From: Camelus ferus
Lineage: Eukaryota
Assembly (NCBI RefSeq): GCF_009834535.1
Contig: NC_045696.1
Coordinates: 103,356,001-103,420,000, forward strand
DNA: 64,000 nt
Direction of reading: 5' to 3'
Shown piece after piece: positions 25,770-38,429 of the stretch. A program made the position numbers and the translations under genes. The notes under the pieces are model-generated. The model made no database searches. It was not told the DNA's origin and saw only the letters and a list, made by a program, of their open reading frames with translations. Numbering within the stretch: the first letter of the stretch is position 1; each line of letters starts with the position of its first letter.

Positions 25770-27335
25770 ACATGTTGTGGCATATGTTAGTATTCATATA
25801 TTCCATTGTGTGGCTGTACCAGATTCTGTCTATATTCATTAATGATGGACATTTGGGTTTCTCCTTTTTGGCTATTATAAATGATGCTGCTTTGAACATT
25901 TGTCAACAAGTTTTTGTATGGACATAAGTTCTTCTGTCTCTTGGATATATACCTACAGTAGCTGTACCATTTTATATCCCCACCAGCAAAAGTTTCCAGT
26001 TTCTCCACATCCCTGCCAACACTGATTATCCATCTTTTTTTATTATAGCCATCCTTGTGAATGTGAAATGGTATCTCATTGTGGTTTTGATTTGCATTTC
26101 CCTGATGGTTAATGGTGTTGAACATCTTTTCATGTGCTTATTGGCCATTTGTATATCTTCTTTTTTTAATATCTTCTTTTTTTAAAACTAGTACAAATAT
26201 TTTATAAATAATTCTTGGCAGTTTCTAACCAGTGGAGTATATTGTACAATAAGCCACCTTATATCTTCCAGAAAAAAAAAAACCAAAACCTAAATTTGAA
26301 TAGTAACAACATCACCCACTGAATTAGGACACAATTAAAATTTGCTTTAAATCTTTCTCTGGGGGAGGGGACACCACACTTCTACTCAATTAAGAGAAAC
26401 AATTTTCAGTTCAGAGGTCTTAGTTTTTTCACACTTATCATGCCATGAATTCATAGGGACCGGGTTCCAGCTGTTCAGGCTCCTTTCTGTTGGTTCTTAC
26501 AAAGTGTACATCTCTGGGTGGAGAAGGCTAGTACTTCAGTTGAAACCCAGTGCCTTTCTCTTTGGCTTTTTTCTTTTTCTGATCATTTTCCTTCTTATGT
26601 TTCAGAAAGCTATCTCAGCTCTTAAGAGTGCTTAATATGCTCTGTATGTACATTAATTCTCTTGGCAGGGATTCTCTTGTGCTTAACGTGGTTGTTTACA
26701 ACAGTGCCAGCAGTGGGCTTGGTAACATTATAGACTCTTCCAGTTTTGCCATGATAGCATTTGTGGGGCCTTCCTTTTTAGACAGGGCCCATTCCCTTGA
26801 TGTCTGCACTGACACCTTGTAGATTTGCGTGTTTGTGGCCAAAGGATTTGTTTTCTGAAAGGCCTAGAGAAATATATAGCAGGTGTCTCTCCTCTTTCCT
26901 TTTGTGTTGGTCATTTTGGCGAATTACTGGAAGATGGCAGTTCCAGCCAAAAGGAAGGCTATTATGTCTTCTGAGAAGAACTCTATCCAGATTCTTTGAG
27001 TTTTGTTTTTTATTTTATTTGTCTTGCTATTGACCTGTGGGAGTTCTTTATGAATTATAGTTACCAGACCCTCATCTGATACATAATTTGCAAAAAATTT
27101 CTCCTATTCTATGGATTGTTCTTTCAGCTACTTGAAGCACAGAAGTTTTAAATTTTGATTACGCTTATCTGGTTTTCTTCTTGTGTTACTTATGTTTTTG
27201 CTGTCATTTATCATACTTAAAAAAAAAATTGCCAAATAGAAGATCGCAAAGACTTATACCTATATTTTCTTCTAAGGGTTTTATGGTTTTTGCTCTTATG
27301 TTTAGATTTTTGACCCATTTTGAGTTAATTTTAGT
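25770..27335 (-). mobile_element. L1 (ORF2 C-terminal region) hosting the RPL21 retrocopy
   Basis: ggtatctcattgtggttttgatttgcatttccctgatg; the L1 sequence resumes collinearly after 26963. Confidence 0.85.
26169..26958 (-). pseudogene. RPL21: Processed pseudogene of ribosomal protein L21
   Basis: Minus strand reads a pyrimidine-rich 5' UTR (ccttccttttggctggaactgccatcttccagtaattcgccaaa), ATG at 26914 (MTNTKGKRRDT...), and ends ...YEFMA-TGA at 26438. Intronless, with an early frameshift/stop and deletions, an A-tail remnant, and a ~10-bp TSD (26152-26161 / 26963-26972). Confidence 0.95.
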
Positions 27336-27837
27336 AACATGTGACATTTTAAGGTTGATATATCAAATGTAACCCAAAAGCATATAGAAGATCTGTGAAA
27401 ATGTAGGCATTTATTTTTATAACATTTTTCAACCATTTAAAAATTTTAAATAAGCCTGGTTTTAAGTTTAGTATTTTAAATTATTAGCTAAATTAGAAAA
27501 GTAAACTTTATGTTATTTTTTTTAACCCTCATTTTGTGTTGGGGAAACAAACATTCATGAACTATTTTTGTCAAGAAAAGGCACATCTTTTCTGAATGTG
27601 GTGACAGTAATAGTAAGTCAAGTGTGACAATAGAAGAAATTTAAAGAATGAAGAACAATTAAGTTTGTATTTGTTTTGCTCAGAAGCATGATCCCTTGTA
27701 TATTGAATTTGGTTTTTTTTAGCAATGATTAATGATGAAATGCTAAAACCACAACATCTTGTTTTACAGAGATATACTGGCCCATGAAGCCATCAACAGT
27801 TAAGCATAAAAGATGACAAAGCATAAATAAGTTCAAA

Positions 27838-27880
27838 ACCAAAAAAAAAACAAACAAAAAACAAACAAACAAACAAAAAC
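27838..27880 (+). repeat. (CAAA)n / A-rich microsatellite
   Basis: aaaaaaaaaacaaacaaaaaacaaacaaacaaacaaaaac. Confidence 0.8.
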
Positions 27881-27914
27881 CTCACACAGAACAGAAAATA
27901 ACCCACTGAGAAAA

Positions 27915-28680
27915 CAAATTATTGTCCACTATCCATCTCTAGAACTTGTCACCATTCCACACTAAAACTCTTTCCAGTGTCTAGTAACCATAGTTTTACT
28001 TTCTGTCCCTATAAGTTTGACTGTTCTAGGTACCTCATATAAGAGGAATCATACAATATTTACCCTTTTGTATCTGCCTTATTTCACTTATCATGTCTTC
28101 AAGGTTCATTCATGCTGTAGCATCTATCAGAATTCCATTATTTTTCAAAGCTGAATAATACTCTGTTCTGCGCATATACCACATTCTGATTATTCATTCA
28201 TCTGTTGTTGGATATTTGCATTGTTTCACCTTTAGGCTATTGTGAATATTGCTGAAATGAATATAGGTATACAAATACTCTGTCTGAATCCCTACTCTAA
28301 ATTTCTATGGATATATACCCCAAAGTGGAATTGCTAAATCATATGGTAATTAATATGCTTAATTTTTTGAGGAACTGCCATAGTATTTTCTATAGTGGCT
28401 GCACCATTTTACATTCTCACCAGCAGTGCACAAGGGCTCCAATTTTTCTATATCCTCCCAACATTTTTTTTTTTTTCAGTAATAGCCATCCTAATGGGTG
28501 TGAATGGTATCTCATTGTGGTTTTGACTTGCATTTCCCTAATGACTAGTGATGTTGAGCGTCTCTTCATGTACTTATTGGTCATTTGTTTATCTTCTTGA
28601 AAGAAATGTCTGTTCAAGTGCTTTGTCTATTTTTAAATTGAGTCGTTTGGTTTTTTATTGTTGTTGTTGAGTTCTTTATA
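27915..28680 (-). mobile_element. L1 (L1MB-like) 3' region
   Basis: ORF 28417..28617 (MNRHFFQEDKQMTNKYMKRRSTSLVIREMQVKTTMRYH) is L1 ORF2p C-terminal sequence. Confidence 0.85.
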
Positions 28681-30505
28681 TAGCTTTTTACCTTTTAATG
28701 TTCTTTTCCTAGAGGCATTATTCACTTAACTTTCAAAGAAGTGGTTTATAGAATTGGTTGCAGAATCAAATCTCCTGTCTGTCTACTGCAGGTATTAGCT
28801 ATCCTAAATTCTGTTGAATTTTAACGTAGACATTGATTGGGTTTTGGCATAATGCTCTACAAACCGTCCAAAGATCAAACTTAATTTCTTGATTCAGCGA
28901 TGTTGAGTAGTATCCTTTGGTTTTGTATTGCTTGTGAAAATGTAGCAGCTTATGAAGAGAAAGATCATCCATAGTCTACCATAGTTTTATGCATGGTGTA
29001 TAATTTAATCCTCACAACAAGACAGGTATTTGTATCTCTTTTTCAGATCAAGGAGGATTGTGGGTCGAAGTTAAATGAAGTAAACTGCTCAAAATATATA
29101 GCTGATAAATGATTTACCAGTGTTGATATTTGACCATAGTAATTTTCTTCAAGTCTCTCATTTCGTATACTGAACCTAATCTTATAAAATGCTTACTGTA
29201 GTCTTGTATCTATGTTTTAAGAATATGTTTATATGCATTTAGTAGTTGTTAAAAGTCTAGTTGTTCCTGTTTAAGGACTGTGTTTAGTTTCTTTATATAT
29301 TAGCCATGTATGACTGTAGAGTCAAGTAAACACCCCAAAAAACTAACCCTATGATTATCTTACTACTTTCAAAAAAAGACCTAGTATTACGAAAAACAAC
29401 AACCCTCCTTCGTCCTTGGCTTTTAATAAGTAATGTAAACACTAGCTGAGAATTTTATTTACTTTAAGCCATTGTCCAATTGTTAGCATAACTATAAAAT
29501 CCCATACACAACATACTTCTTTCAGAATAACTCCTGTGCTCTGATTTTTAGCAATTCTTAATTACTTTTGTCACCTAACTTGTACTAATTATATAAATTT
29601 ATCTGTGATTAGCCATTTGTATCTAAATACACTAAAATCTAAGGGCAAGTCAGCATAGAGTGGGCTTTGCAGGGAAATGTACGTAGCAAATGGGCATTAA
29701 TGGATTCTTGTCCAAAATGCAATTACTTAGCACAATGACTGGCACATCCTTAGCATTCAGTAAGTGTATAGTATTGACCACACCAGCACTGGGTTTATCA
29801 AGTTTATGTAGGAAGATCCCCCTAATGGCCACATGGAGGAAGGGTTGGAATGCCTCTAGGCAGCACAAAGGAAAACAGTTACACAGCTCTAATTATTTTA
29901 GAGAGAGATTATGGGGGCCTGAACTAGGGCAGTGGGAACAGAGAGAAGAGACTGGATTCAAGAGCTGTTTTGGACAAGACTAGAATTAGATTACATACGA
30001 TAGCAGCAGATTGGTTAGATAGAAAGGGCGTTTGAAGAGCATGGATGACTGTGTTGTTTCCTGTTTGGTGATTGGGTGGCTGGTGCTGTCACTCATTCAG
30101 ATGAGACCTGTGGTAGGATCAGGAGTTACATGTTGTACATGTGGAGTTCTCCCTTGTGTTTATATCAGACTGATGTATGAGGACCCCTTCCTGAGAAGGC
30201 TGAGCTGAGTGTTGGAAACTGAGCCTATGAACTAATAAGCCTGTGTAAATAACCAAGGGTATGCTAGAACCATTCTTTTTCTGTTAAAAAAAAAAAAACT
30301 ATTTTAGAGAATTTTAAATATAAAAATAGATGATTCATGTTGTGAGCCTCCTGTGTGCCTAGTTCTGAACTTCAGCAATCATCAATTCATGGTGTCTTGT
30401 TTTGTGTATACCCCTTTTATATTATTTTAAAGCAAATCCCAGACATCCTATCATTTTCATCATAAATACCTCAGTATTTATATCTAAAAATCTTCCTTTT
30501 TGCCA

Positions 30506-30640
30506 GGAGGGAGGGTATAGCTCAGTGGTAGAGTACGTGCTTAGCATGCACGAGGTCCTGGTTTCAGTCCCCAGTACCTCCATTAAATTACTAAATAAAT
30601 AAATAACCCTAATTACCTCCCCCCAAAAGCAAGCAAAAAT
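30506..30640 (+). mobile_element. tRNA-derived SINE (Vic-1-like)
   Basis: gggagggtatagctcagtggtagag...cccagtacctcc, then A-rich linker, cctaattacctccccc and A tail. Confidence 0.88.
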
Positions 30641-32969
30641 TTTTAAAGATTCCTGTTAAAACATATCAACAATATCATTATTAAACCTAAGAAAATTAAC
30701 AGTAAATCCTTAATATCAAATATCTAGTAAGTATTCAAATTTTGAGTTGTTTCAAATGTCATTTTGTTTGCTTTTTGTGTGTGTGTGAAATAAAATACCA
30801 GTACAGAAAATCACCAAAAAGCAAATGGATAGCTAATGAGTTACTTTAAGGCAAGCACTCTTGTAAACATCACCAGATGAAGAAGTAGGACCCCAGAAGC
30901 ACCCCCATGTACCCATCCCAGTCACTACCACCCTTTCCCCTGTAAATAACTATTATCCTGATTTTTATATTATCACTTCTTGGCATATTTAAATAGCTTT
31001 ATCCCCTAAACGTGCATCCTTAGGCACTACATTTTAGCCTTGTTCATTTAAAATAAAAGTTGATACATCTTCTATGTATAGGATTTTCCTCTGTTTCATT
31101 ATCTTCCTATACTTAAATCATTGAAGGAACTAGGCTATTTGACCTGTTGAATTTCCCACAGTCTAGATAGATTTTGCTGGTTGCCTACTCAGGTGCATCT
31201 CAATATATTCCTCTATTTTCTGTATTTCCTGCAGTTTGGCAGTGAGATTCAAAGGCTTTATCAGACTGATGTTTGATCCTTTGGCAAGTATGTAGATAGT
31301 GGTGTATTCTTTCATTAAAAGGCACAAAAGTTTTATTTGTCTTTCATTTTATGATGCGACCACCACTGATGCTTAATGCTTGTATCTGTGAATTCGTTGT
31401 GGGTGGCTCTTAGTGTTATTCTAATTCTGTCACTTCCGCTTCCTTTACTACTGGCACTTCTTTTATATAAAGACCCTTCCCACTTCTGCTATGAGTTTAC
31501 CTGGAGGTATAGTTTATATAGGAAAGCAGAATAAAACTTGATCTCTTCCCTTTACCAGTTTTCAAGACGATGAGTTTGTGCCTGTCTTCCTACAAAGGTG
31601 AAAAAGTCCTCCCTTTTAAAAATAGCATTATAAGCTCATGAATTTAACATAATTTGATGGGTTTCATGAATTGTAGTTATTACCACTATTGAAACAAAAA
31701 TTGTCCCATCTTTGGCCTGTGGGAGCCTCTTCTAGCTGGCCCATTGAGTCCTTTTGGCATGACCCTAGTTGTCTTTGATAGCTTCGCTGTCATCTGGTAT
31801 GACAAGATGTTTCAAGTTCATCTTGTACATCTCCTGCCCTGTATGTGGAATCAGCCATTTCTCTTCAAAGACCTGGTTTCCTTTAGGGAGAATTATATGT
31901 CAAGCTCAAATTAGGGGCTGGGGATGCTCATTACTACTAGGTTGCTCATGTTTTCTAGTCCTTTTAAGTGGACAGAACTTAAGATACACAGAATCAAAGA
32001 TACAGTACTTCGTGGGTTCCTATTGAGACTTCCAGTTCAAATCTTACTAAACCTCTTCTCCATTACATCCAATTTTCTTTTTTCCATATGGAGAATCCTG
32101 ATTTTTTAAGGACATGGAGGATGAAAAGGATGATAGAAGTAGTGAATATGGTAATTACTCATTGACTTTGTCCCATATTATGTGCTTAGCAGTCTCCAAA
32201 AGTAATCCTAATATTACCATTAGTACGATTATTGAAAACATTAAAAATTTGTTTTTCATACGCTCTCTCCATTCTCGCCCCATTTTTCTAACAGTCATAC
32301 ATTAATAGTCCCACAGTGTGGGAGCATATACCTATTAATATGTTATACCCTCTGCCTCTTAGCCCTTTAGTCTGACCCCTGCAGGTAACTATACATTAAA
32401 TACTCATCAGGCCTTCATGTCAGTGTCCCTCTAGTCATTCTGATTGCCTAGGTCGGTTTTGCTGGATACAAAAATCCTTGGCTCACACTTTCCTTCCATT
32501 TCTTAAATATATTGATTTTCTTCTAATGTAACACCTTGCTGTTGAAAAATCTGATACTCTTTTTTCCTAGGTGCCTAAAGAATTCCTTTTCTTTGAAACC
32601 TAGCAATTTTACTAGAATGTTATGGTATTTGTTGTTCTGGGTTGATCTCTTTTTTTCTTTTCTTTCATGAATGTTTTCTTGACTCACAGCATTTAGTATT
32701 TATTCTGTTCCCTTGCCTTGATTTTCTTCTTCAGATACTCTTGTTGTCTGTATACTCTGCCTACCTCCAACATTTTTCATTTTCTCTTGAATATCAGTTG
32801 TGGGAGTCATTCAGACTAGATTGTTGCAGTCGCTTCGGTCTTTGTTGTGGCCTCTTGCACTCAGCTGGTATTGAAGAGGGCAGAACGCCTTCTCATTCTC
32901 AAAAAACAAACAAACAAAAAACAAAAAACTGCTCTCAGATTGGCCTGTTGTGCTTTTTAGCAAATTCTT

Positions 32970-33072
32970 TTTTTTTTTTTAATTGCAGTATAGTCACTTA
33001 CCGTGTGTCAATTTCTGGTATACTGCATGTCTCAGTCATGCATATACACATATATGTTTGTTTTCATATTCT
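32970..33072 (-). mobile_element. Short 5'-truncated young L1 3' end
   Basis: T tail followed by L1 3' UTR-like sequence; perfect 17-bp TSD ctttttagcaaattctt at 32953-32969 / 33073-33089. Confidence 0.8.
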
Positions 33073-33744
33073 CTTTTTAGCAAATTCTTGTTGGCTGTTT
33101 TGGGATTATCCTGTTCTGAGTTCCATTAGATGCAGCCGCATTGGGTATTTCTTTTTCTGCCCACACAGACATTACTGTGTAGGCCTTTTGACTGTTGGTA
33201 GTTTGTATTCTGAGGTTTGTTGAAGATCCCTTGTCATCTAGGTTTGTTGTAAATGTTGTCAGGGGTTCAGGTTTTGCTGTCTAGTTGCTCCGTCTGTTTT
33301 CATGTAGGGATTTAGAGGGTTTGAGAGCGCTGCTGCTGTTGCTGTCTTCCCAGACTTCCCCATAACTGGTGTGTGTGTGTGTTTACAGTCTGTATGAATC
33401 AGAATTTAAATAAATTGGTAGGTCTTTTATAATCTGTAGATTTCCCCTCTGCATCTCTCTCACTCTTTCCCTCCTCTTTTCCCATATAAATGATTTGTTG
33501 AAGAAACCACATTAGGTCCTGAAGAGAAATCCTAAAGATTTTGCTTGTTGCGTCCCTGTAGTATAGTTTTTTCTGTCCTCGGTATTCCTTTTAAATTGGT
33601 AGGTGGATCTGGAGTCCCGATCAGACTCAGGTTCCATGATAGGTTGTACTTTAAACATACAAACAAACAAACAAACGAGTGGGCCAGCTCGTGGAAAGCA
33701 AACAATACAGAATTAAACACTGGAGTGAAAAATTCAAGTTGAAG

Positions 33745-33975
33745 AGTTGACATTGAAGACTAGGCAAATCCAAAGAAACAGAAAATAGAATAGTGGCTTG
33801 CCAAGGGCTGGGGGTAGGGGGATGACGACTGATTGCTCATGGGTACAGAGGTTTTTTTTTAGGGTGAAGAAATTAGATTGTGGTGACGGTTGCATAATTC
33901 TTAAAAACCACTGAATTGTATACTTTAAAAAGAAGTTTATGGTATGTAAATTGTATTTCAATAGAACTGTTATCT
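33745..33975 (+). mobile_element. L1 3' end (L1MB-like), sense
   Basis: aatagaatagtggcttgccaagggctgggg...ccactgaattgtatactttaaaa. Confidence 0.75.
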
Positions 33976-34164
33976 TGAAAAAGGAAGTTAGATTTGAAAA
34001 GGAAGAGGGTTACCTAATCCTCTGAGGCTGATAGGAAGGAAGTCAGCTTAGGTACACAGGTGGTGAGTTTGTTAGCTCTCCCGCAAGCCATAGACTTACA
34101 TATTCAGCTGTCTGTTGAATATACCTACTTGGATATTCTATAGACATGTCAAACTCAACATCAT

Positions 34165-34460
34165 TGCTGCCCCATAGAATGTAATAAAGCCACATTTTAA
34201 TTTTCTAGCAGCCAATTTAAAAAGTAAAGTGAAACACATGAAATTGATTTTAATATTTTTTACATAATTCTGTATGTCTTAAATATTATGTTTCAACATG
34301 TAATTAATATAAAAATTATACATGAACTATTTTACATTCATTTCTCACAGAAGTCTTTGAAATTCTGTATGTATTTCACACTTCAGCATATCACAGTTCA
34401 GACTTGTCACATTTCAGATGCTCAGTAGCTACATGTGGATTATGCCTAAAATATTGGACA
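34165..34460. mobile_element. MER3-like MITE
   Basis: ttttaattttctagcagccaatttaaaaag...acatttcagatgctcagtagctacatgtgg. Confidence 0.65.
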
Positions 34461-34493
34461 GTACAAATGAGAAGGTTTAAAATGGAATTCATG

Positions 34494-34699
34494 GTGGGTA
34501 GGTATAGCTCAGTGGTAGAGCGTGTGCTTATTATGCACAAGGTCCTGGGTTCAATCCCCAGCACCTCCATTAAAAAGAAAGAAAGAAAAGAAAATGTCAT
34601 ATCATATAATAATGCCTGCAATAGAGAAAAGAAAATAACATGATGAAATAGGGAATGATGAGAGTGGAAACAGTTATTAATAAATAAACAAAATAAAAT
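34494..34699 (+). mobile_element. tRNA-derived SINE with extra 3' sequence, inside a 15-bp TSD
   Basis: SINE head at 34494-34570; TSD aaaatggaattcatg at 34479-34493 and 34700-34714. Confidence 0.88.
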
Positions 34700-35229
34700 A
34701 AAATGGAATTCATGAATTTGTTCCTGTCTCCTTGATCTCAGTAAATGACCCCTCCTTTTAAGGGTCATTGTCCTGTTTCCCTCTTCTTTAACAACGACAT
34801 CAGTCAATCACTTGGTTTTACTGATCTTTGTCTTTAATGTTTTTGCAAACCTGTCTCTTCTTACTCAATCCTACCTGTTGCCCCAATTCCAGGAGTAGCA
34901 TTTCTTGCCTGGACTGTTACAGAAGCCTCTCAGCTGGTCTTCCTGTTTCCGCTTTTGCCCTCTGTAAACTACTTTGCAGCCAGAATCTCTACCTAACAAT
35001 TTCCCACTTAATACCATTTAGTGGTATCACAGAATGTCAATAGTAATCTGTGACCTCAATGAGTACACAGATGATTCTGTGGGAATGTGGGGGAAAGAAG
35101 GTAGATATCTGTCTTTACCTCATTCTTCTGAAAAGTACATTTAGTGTCTATTTCTTAATGGACATGACAGAGTAGAACATGTGAACAAATTATAAATGAA
35201 TATAATTATACTGATGGAATATGATAAAG

Positions 35230-36055
35230 TCTAGGTTCCTTTGCAAACTCTCCATTTCCCCATTCCCTCCAGCCTCTGGCAAGCACGGTTCAACTCTGCT
35301 TCTGTGAACTTGACTATTTCAGATACCTCATGTAAGTGGAATCACGCAGTGTTACAGGTCCTTCTGTGACTAGTTTATTTTACTTAGCACATTGTCCTCC
35401 AGGTTCATCCATGTTGTTGCATATGGCAGGATTTCACTCTTTTTTAAGGCTGAGTAATATTCCATTGTAAGTACATACCACATTTTCTTTATCCATTCAT
35501 CTATCTATGGTCATTTGGATTTTCTGTATCTTGGCTATTGTGAATAAAGCTGTAGTGAACATGGGAGTGCAGATATCACTTTGAGATTCTGATTTCTGTT
35601 TTTTTTTTGGATATAGACAGAAATGGGATTGCTGGATTATATGGTAGTTCCACTTTTTATTTTTTGAGGAACCCCCATACTCTTTTCCATAGCAGCCACA
35701 CCATTTATATTCCCACCAGCAATGTACAAGGATTCTAATTACTTTACACCCTCACACTTTTTTTTTCAATAATACTCATCCTAACAGGTGTGAAATAGTA
35801 CCTCTATGTGGTTTTGATTTGTGTTTCTCTTATGATTAGTGATGTTGAACATCTTTCTGTATACCTGTCGGCCATTTATATCTTTTCTTTGGAGAAATAT
35901 CTATTCCCGTCCTTTGCCTATTTTTTAATTGGGTTATTTGTTTTGCTGTGGAGTTGTAGGAGTTTTTAGGTATTTTTAGATATTAGCTCCTTGTCAGATG
36001 AAAGATGGGTATTTTCTCCCACTCTGTAGATTGCCTTTTCATTTTGTTGGTTGTT
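35230..36055 (-). mobile_element. L1 (L1MA/MB-like) 3' region
   Basis: aggttcatccatgttgttgca; gggattgctggattatatggtagttc. Confidence 0.85.
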
Positions 36056-36851
36056 TTCACTGACTCTTACTCCAGCAAGTCTTCATCCTCTACGTTAGAC
36101 TAGGTCTCCCTCTCCCCAGTTCCCATAGAACGTTGTGAACAACTCTACTTGGCACCTATTATATCGAAATTACTGACCATTATGTCTGTTTTGCCTCTCT
36201 TCCATCCCTAAGACTCATTGAGGGAAAGGATTTTGCCTCAGTTGTCGTTTTTGACCTTCCAGTCCCAAATACAGTTCCTCGCATGTAATTGGTACACAGA
36301 TATTAGTAGAACTAAACTGAATCTCTGAAATTTTAATGATTAAGTTACCCAAATTTAGGCCATGGCATTAACCAAACTTAAGATAATTGAAGATGTAGAT
36401 CCATTATAATACCAATAATCTCTGATTGAAAATTGAGCAGATAAATGAAACTGAGAATAGTATACTTTTAATTTTCGGTGAAAAAAAAACCCGTAGCGTA
36501 CATAGACTACAGAAAATTAGTATTGAGAATACAGACTCTGCACGGGCCGGGCTTTTGTCTGTTGTTTTCACAGATCTTTTCCCGATGTGTAGAACGGTGC
36601 CTGGCACGTAATAGTAACTGGTCAGTAAATAGTAGTTGAATAAATGAGTGATGGGCATAGAAAAGCACTCTAGCTTCATACTTTATTGGGCTTTTAAAGC
36701 AAAAATTAAGTTTAAAACACTCATCTCTAATTCAATTTAGAATTTACCACATGGGGCAAAAAATCAAATTGCTGTCTTCTCACATTATTTTACAGCTTTG
36801 TAAAGGAAGTCTCTAGTAAGTATAATAGAATATAGTTTTGTTCTCTTTTAG

Positions 36852-37014
36852 CAAACGAAGCAAAAAAGGAGATAAAAATGGAAAAGGCTTGAGACATTTT
36901 TCAATGAAGGTGTGTGAGAAAGTTCAGCGGAAAGGAACAACATCATATAATGAAGTAGCTGATGAGCTGGTGTCAGAGTTCACCAATTCAAATAACCACT
37001 TGGCAGCCGATTCG
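36852..37014 (+). CDS. TFDP2: TFDP2 exon: NLS and start of winged-helix DNA-binding domain ([54 protein letters not shown])
   Basis: ttctcttttag| acceptor, |gtaggt donor; 163 nt (phase 2 to 0); diagnostic DP motif [13 protein letters not shown]. Confidence 0.98.
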
Positions 37015-37589
37015 GTAGGTAGATCATGCACTTGACATTGCCTGTGATGCGTCATGCAGCGGGACATCTCTGGGTTGTGTGTGTAAGTCTGAGGACTCAG
37101 ACAAGCCAGGAAATCCCCAGTTCCTCCTTTATGTGAGGGTTTCATACTGTCTGTTGGGGAATCTTGTTGTTCTGTTTTAAACAGGATTCTTTTATTATTT
37201 ATTTAAATATAAAGATGGACAAGTCTTTTAAAAACATCCTTTTGGGGGTTACTGAAGCAATATACTTTTAAAAATATAGTTTTTATATTTGAATAGCTTG
37301 GGATACATTTCTGAATCTTTTAGTGTTTGTTCTGTGTCTAAGTCAGTAAGAAAAGTTTATCTTGTTTTTAATTGAAAAAAAAAACTACATGCACATGTTT
37401 ATAACAGTTCAGTTGTACCAAAGAGTATATAATGCAAAATATCTCTCTTCTACCACAGACCCTAATGTACCTCCCCAAAGGCACTATTCACTATTACTGG
37501 ATACTTGAGTATCAGTCTAGAAATTCTTTATGCATATATATAATAAAATTTATTTCAAACGCAAACATGATTGTGCTTTGCCTGCTGCA

Positions 37590-37708
37590 TTTTTTTCTTT
37601 TTGGCGGGGGGGAGGTAATTAGGTTTATTTGTTTATTTTTAGAGGAGGTACTAGGGATTGAATGACCTCGTGCATGTGCACTTTACCGCTTGAGCTACAC
37701 CCTCCCCC
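37590..37708 (-). mobile_element. tRNA-derived SINE (Vic-1-like, internally deleted)
   Basis: Same family motifs on the minus strand; TSD tgcctgctgc at 37579-37588 / 37711-37720. Confidence 0.85.
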
Positions 37709-37784
37709 TGTGCCTGCTGCTTTCTCAATTTTATTGTCTTAATGTATCTTAGGGGCTCTTTTTAGCACATAGAAATCATTCTCT

Positions 37785-38120
37785 TTTTTTTTAATGGAGA
37801 TAAAATTACATACAGGGAGGGAAATGTACATGTCTTAAGTGAACAATTTATTATTTTTTTCCTTATTTATTGTGGAATAGTTTACGTATGATAAGATGTA
37901 TCCATTTCAGGTATAAAATCCAGTGGGTTGTGACGGTTGTTTGCGCCTGTGTAGCCCATAATCAGGACACACAGCATTTTACATCACTCCCAAAAGGTTC
38001 TTTCCGCCCTTTGTAATCCATTCCTCCCTCTCCCCCTGTCCCCAGGCAACTGCTGTTAGGCTTTTATCATTATAAATCAGTTTGCACTTTACGTAAATGT
38101 AATCATACTATATGTATTCT
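37785..38120 (-). mobile_element. L1 3' end fragments
   Basis: ggagataaaattacatac; catcactcccaaaaggttc; cccaggcaactgctg. Confidence 0.65.
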
Positions 38121-38429
38121 ATAACAATATGAAATAATAGGAGGAACTCTAGTCATACTGAGTCTTTAATTCTTGACGTTAATGGAGATACTTACAGTAT
38201 TGCAACCTTAATTATGATAAAGGTTTTATTTTGAGATGTTAGTAACCATAATTTGATTTTTCAATAACAAACAATTATTTATTTTTTCTTAATTAAAAAA
38301 ATCAGAAATGGATGTTGAATTTAATCAAATTCTGGATAGTTTCCTGAAAATTAGGATTTTTACACTAGCGTTCATGAATGAGATTGGTAGGGGGTTTTTT
38401 GCTTTTGTTTTTACCATCTTTGCAATTAA

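Larger units (their letters stand above)
30290..33660 (-). mobile_element. Old L1 (L1MC-like) fragments
   Basis: Motifs such as ttgtcccatctttggcctgtgggagcctcttctagctggc; fragmented, limits approximate. Confidence 0.5.

Noticed and set aside
30510..30582. tRNA-Ala(AGC)-like gene (and similar copies)
   Set aside because: The A-rich tails, shared non-tRNA 3' motif, TSDs and mismatched stems identify these as SINEs, not tRNA genes.
32642..33223. 193-aa ORF on +
   Set aside because: F/L/C-rich translation of T-rich antisense L1 sequence; it runs through a young L1 stub.
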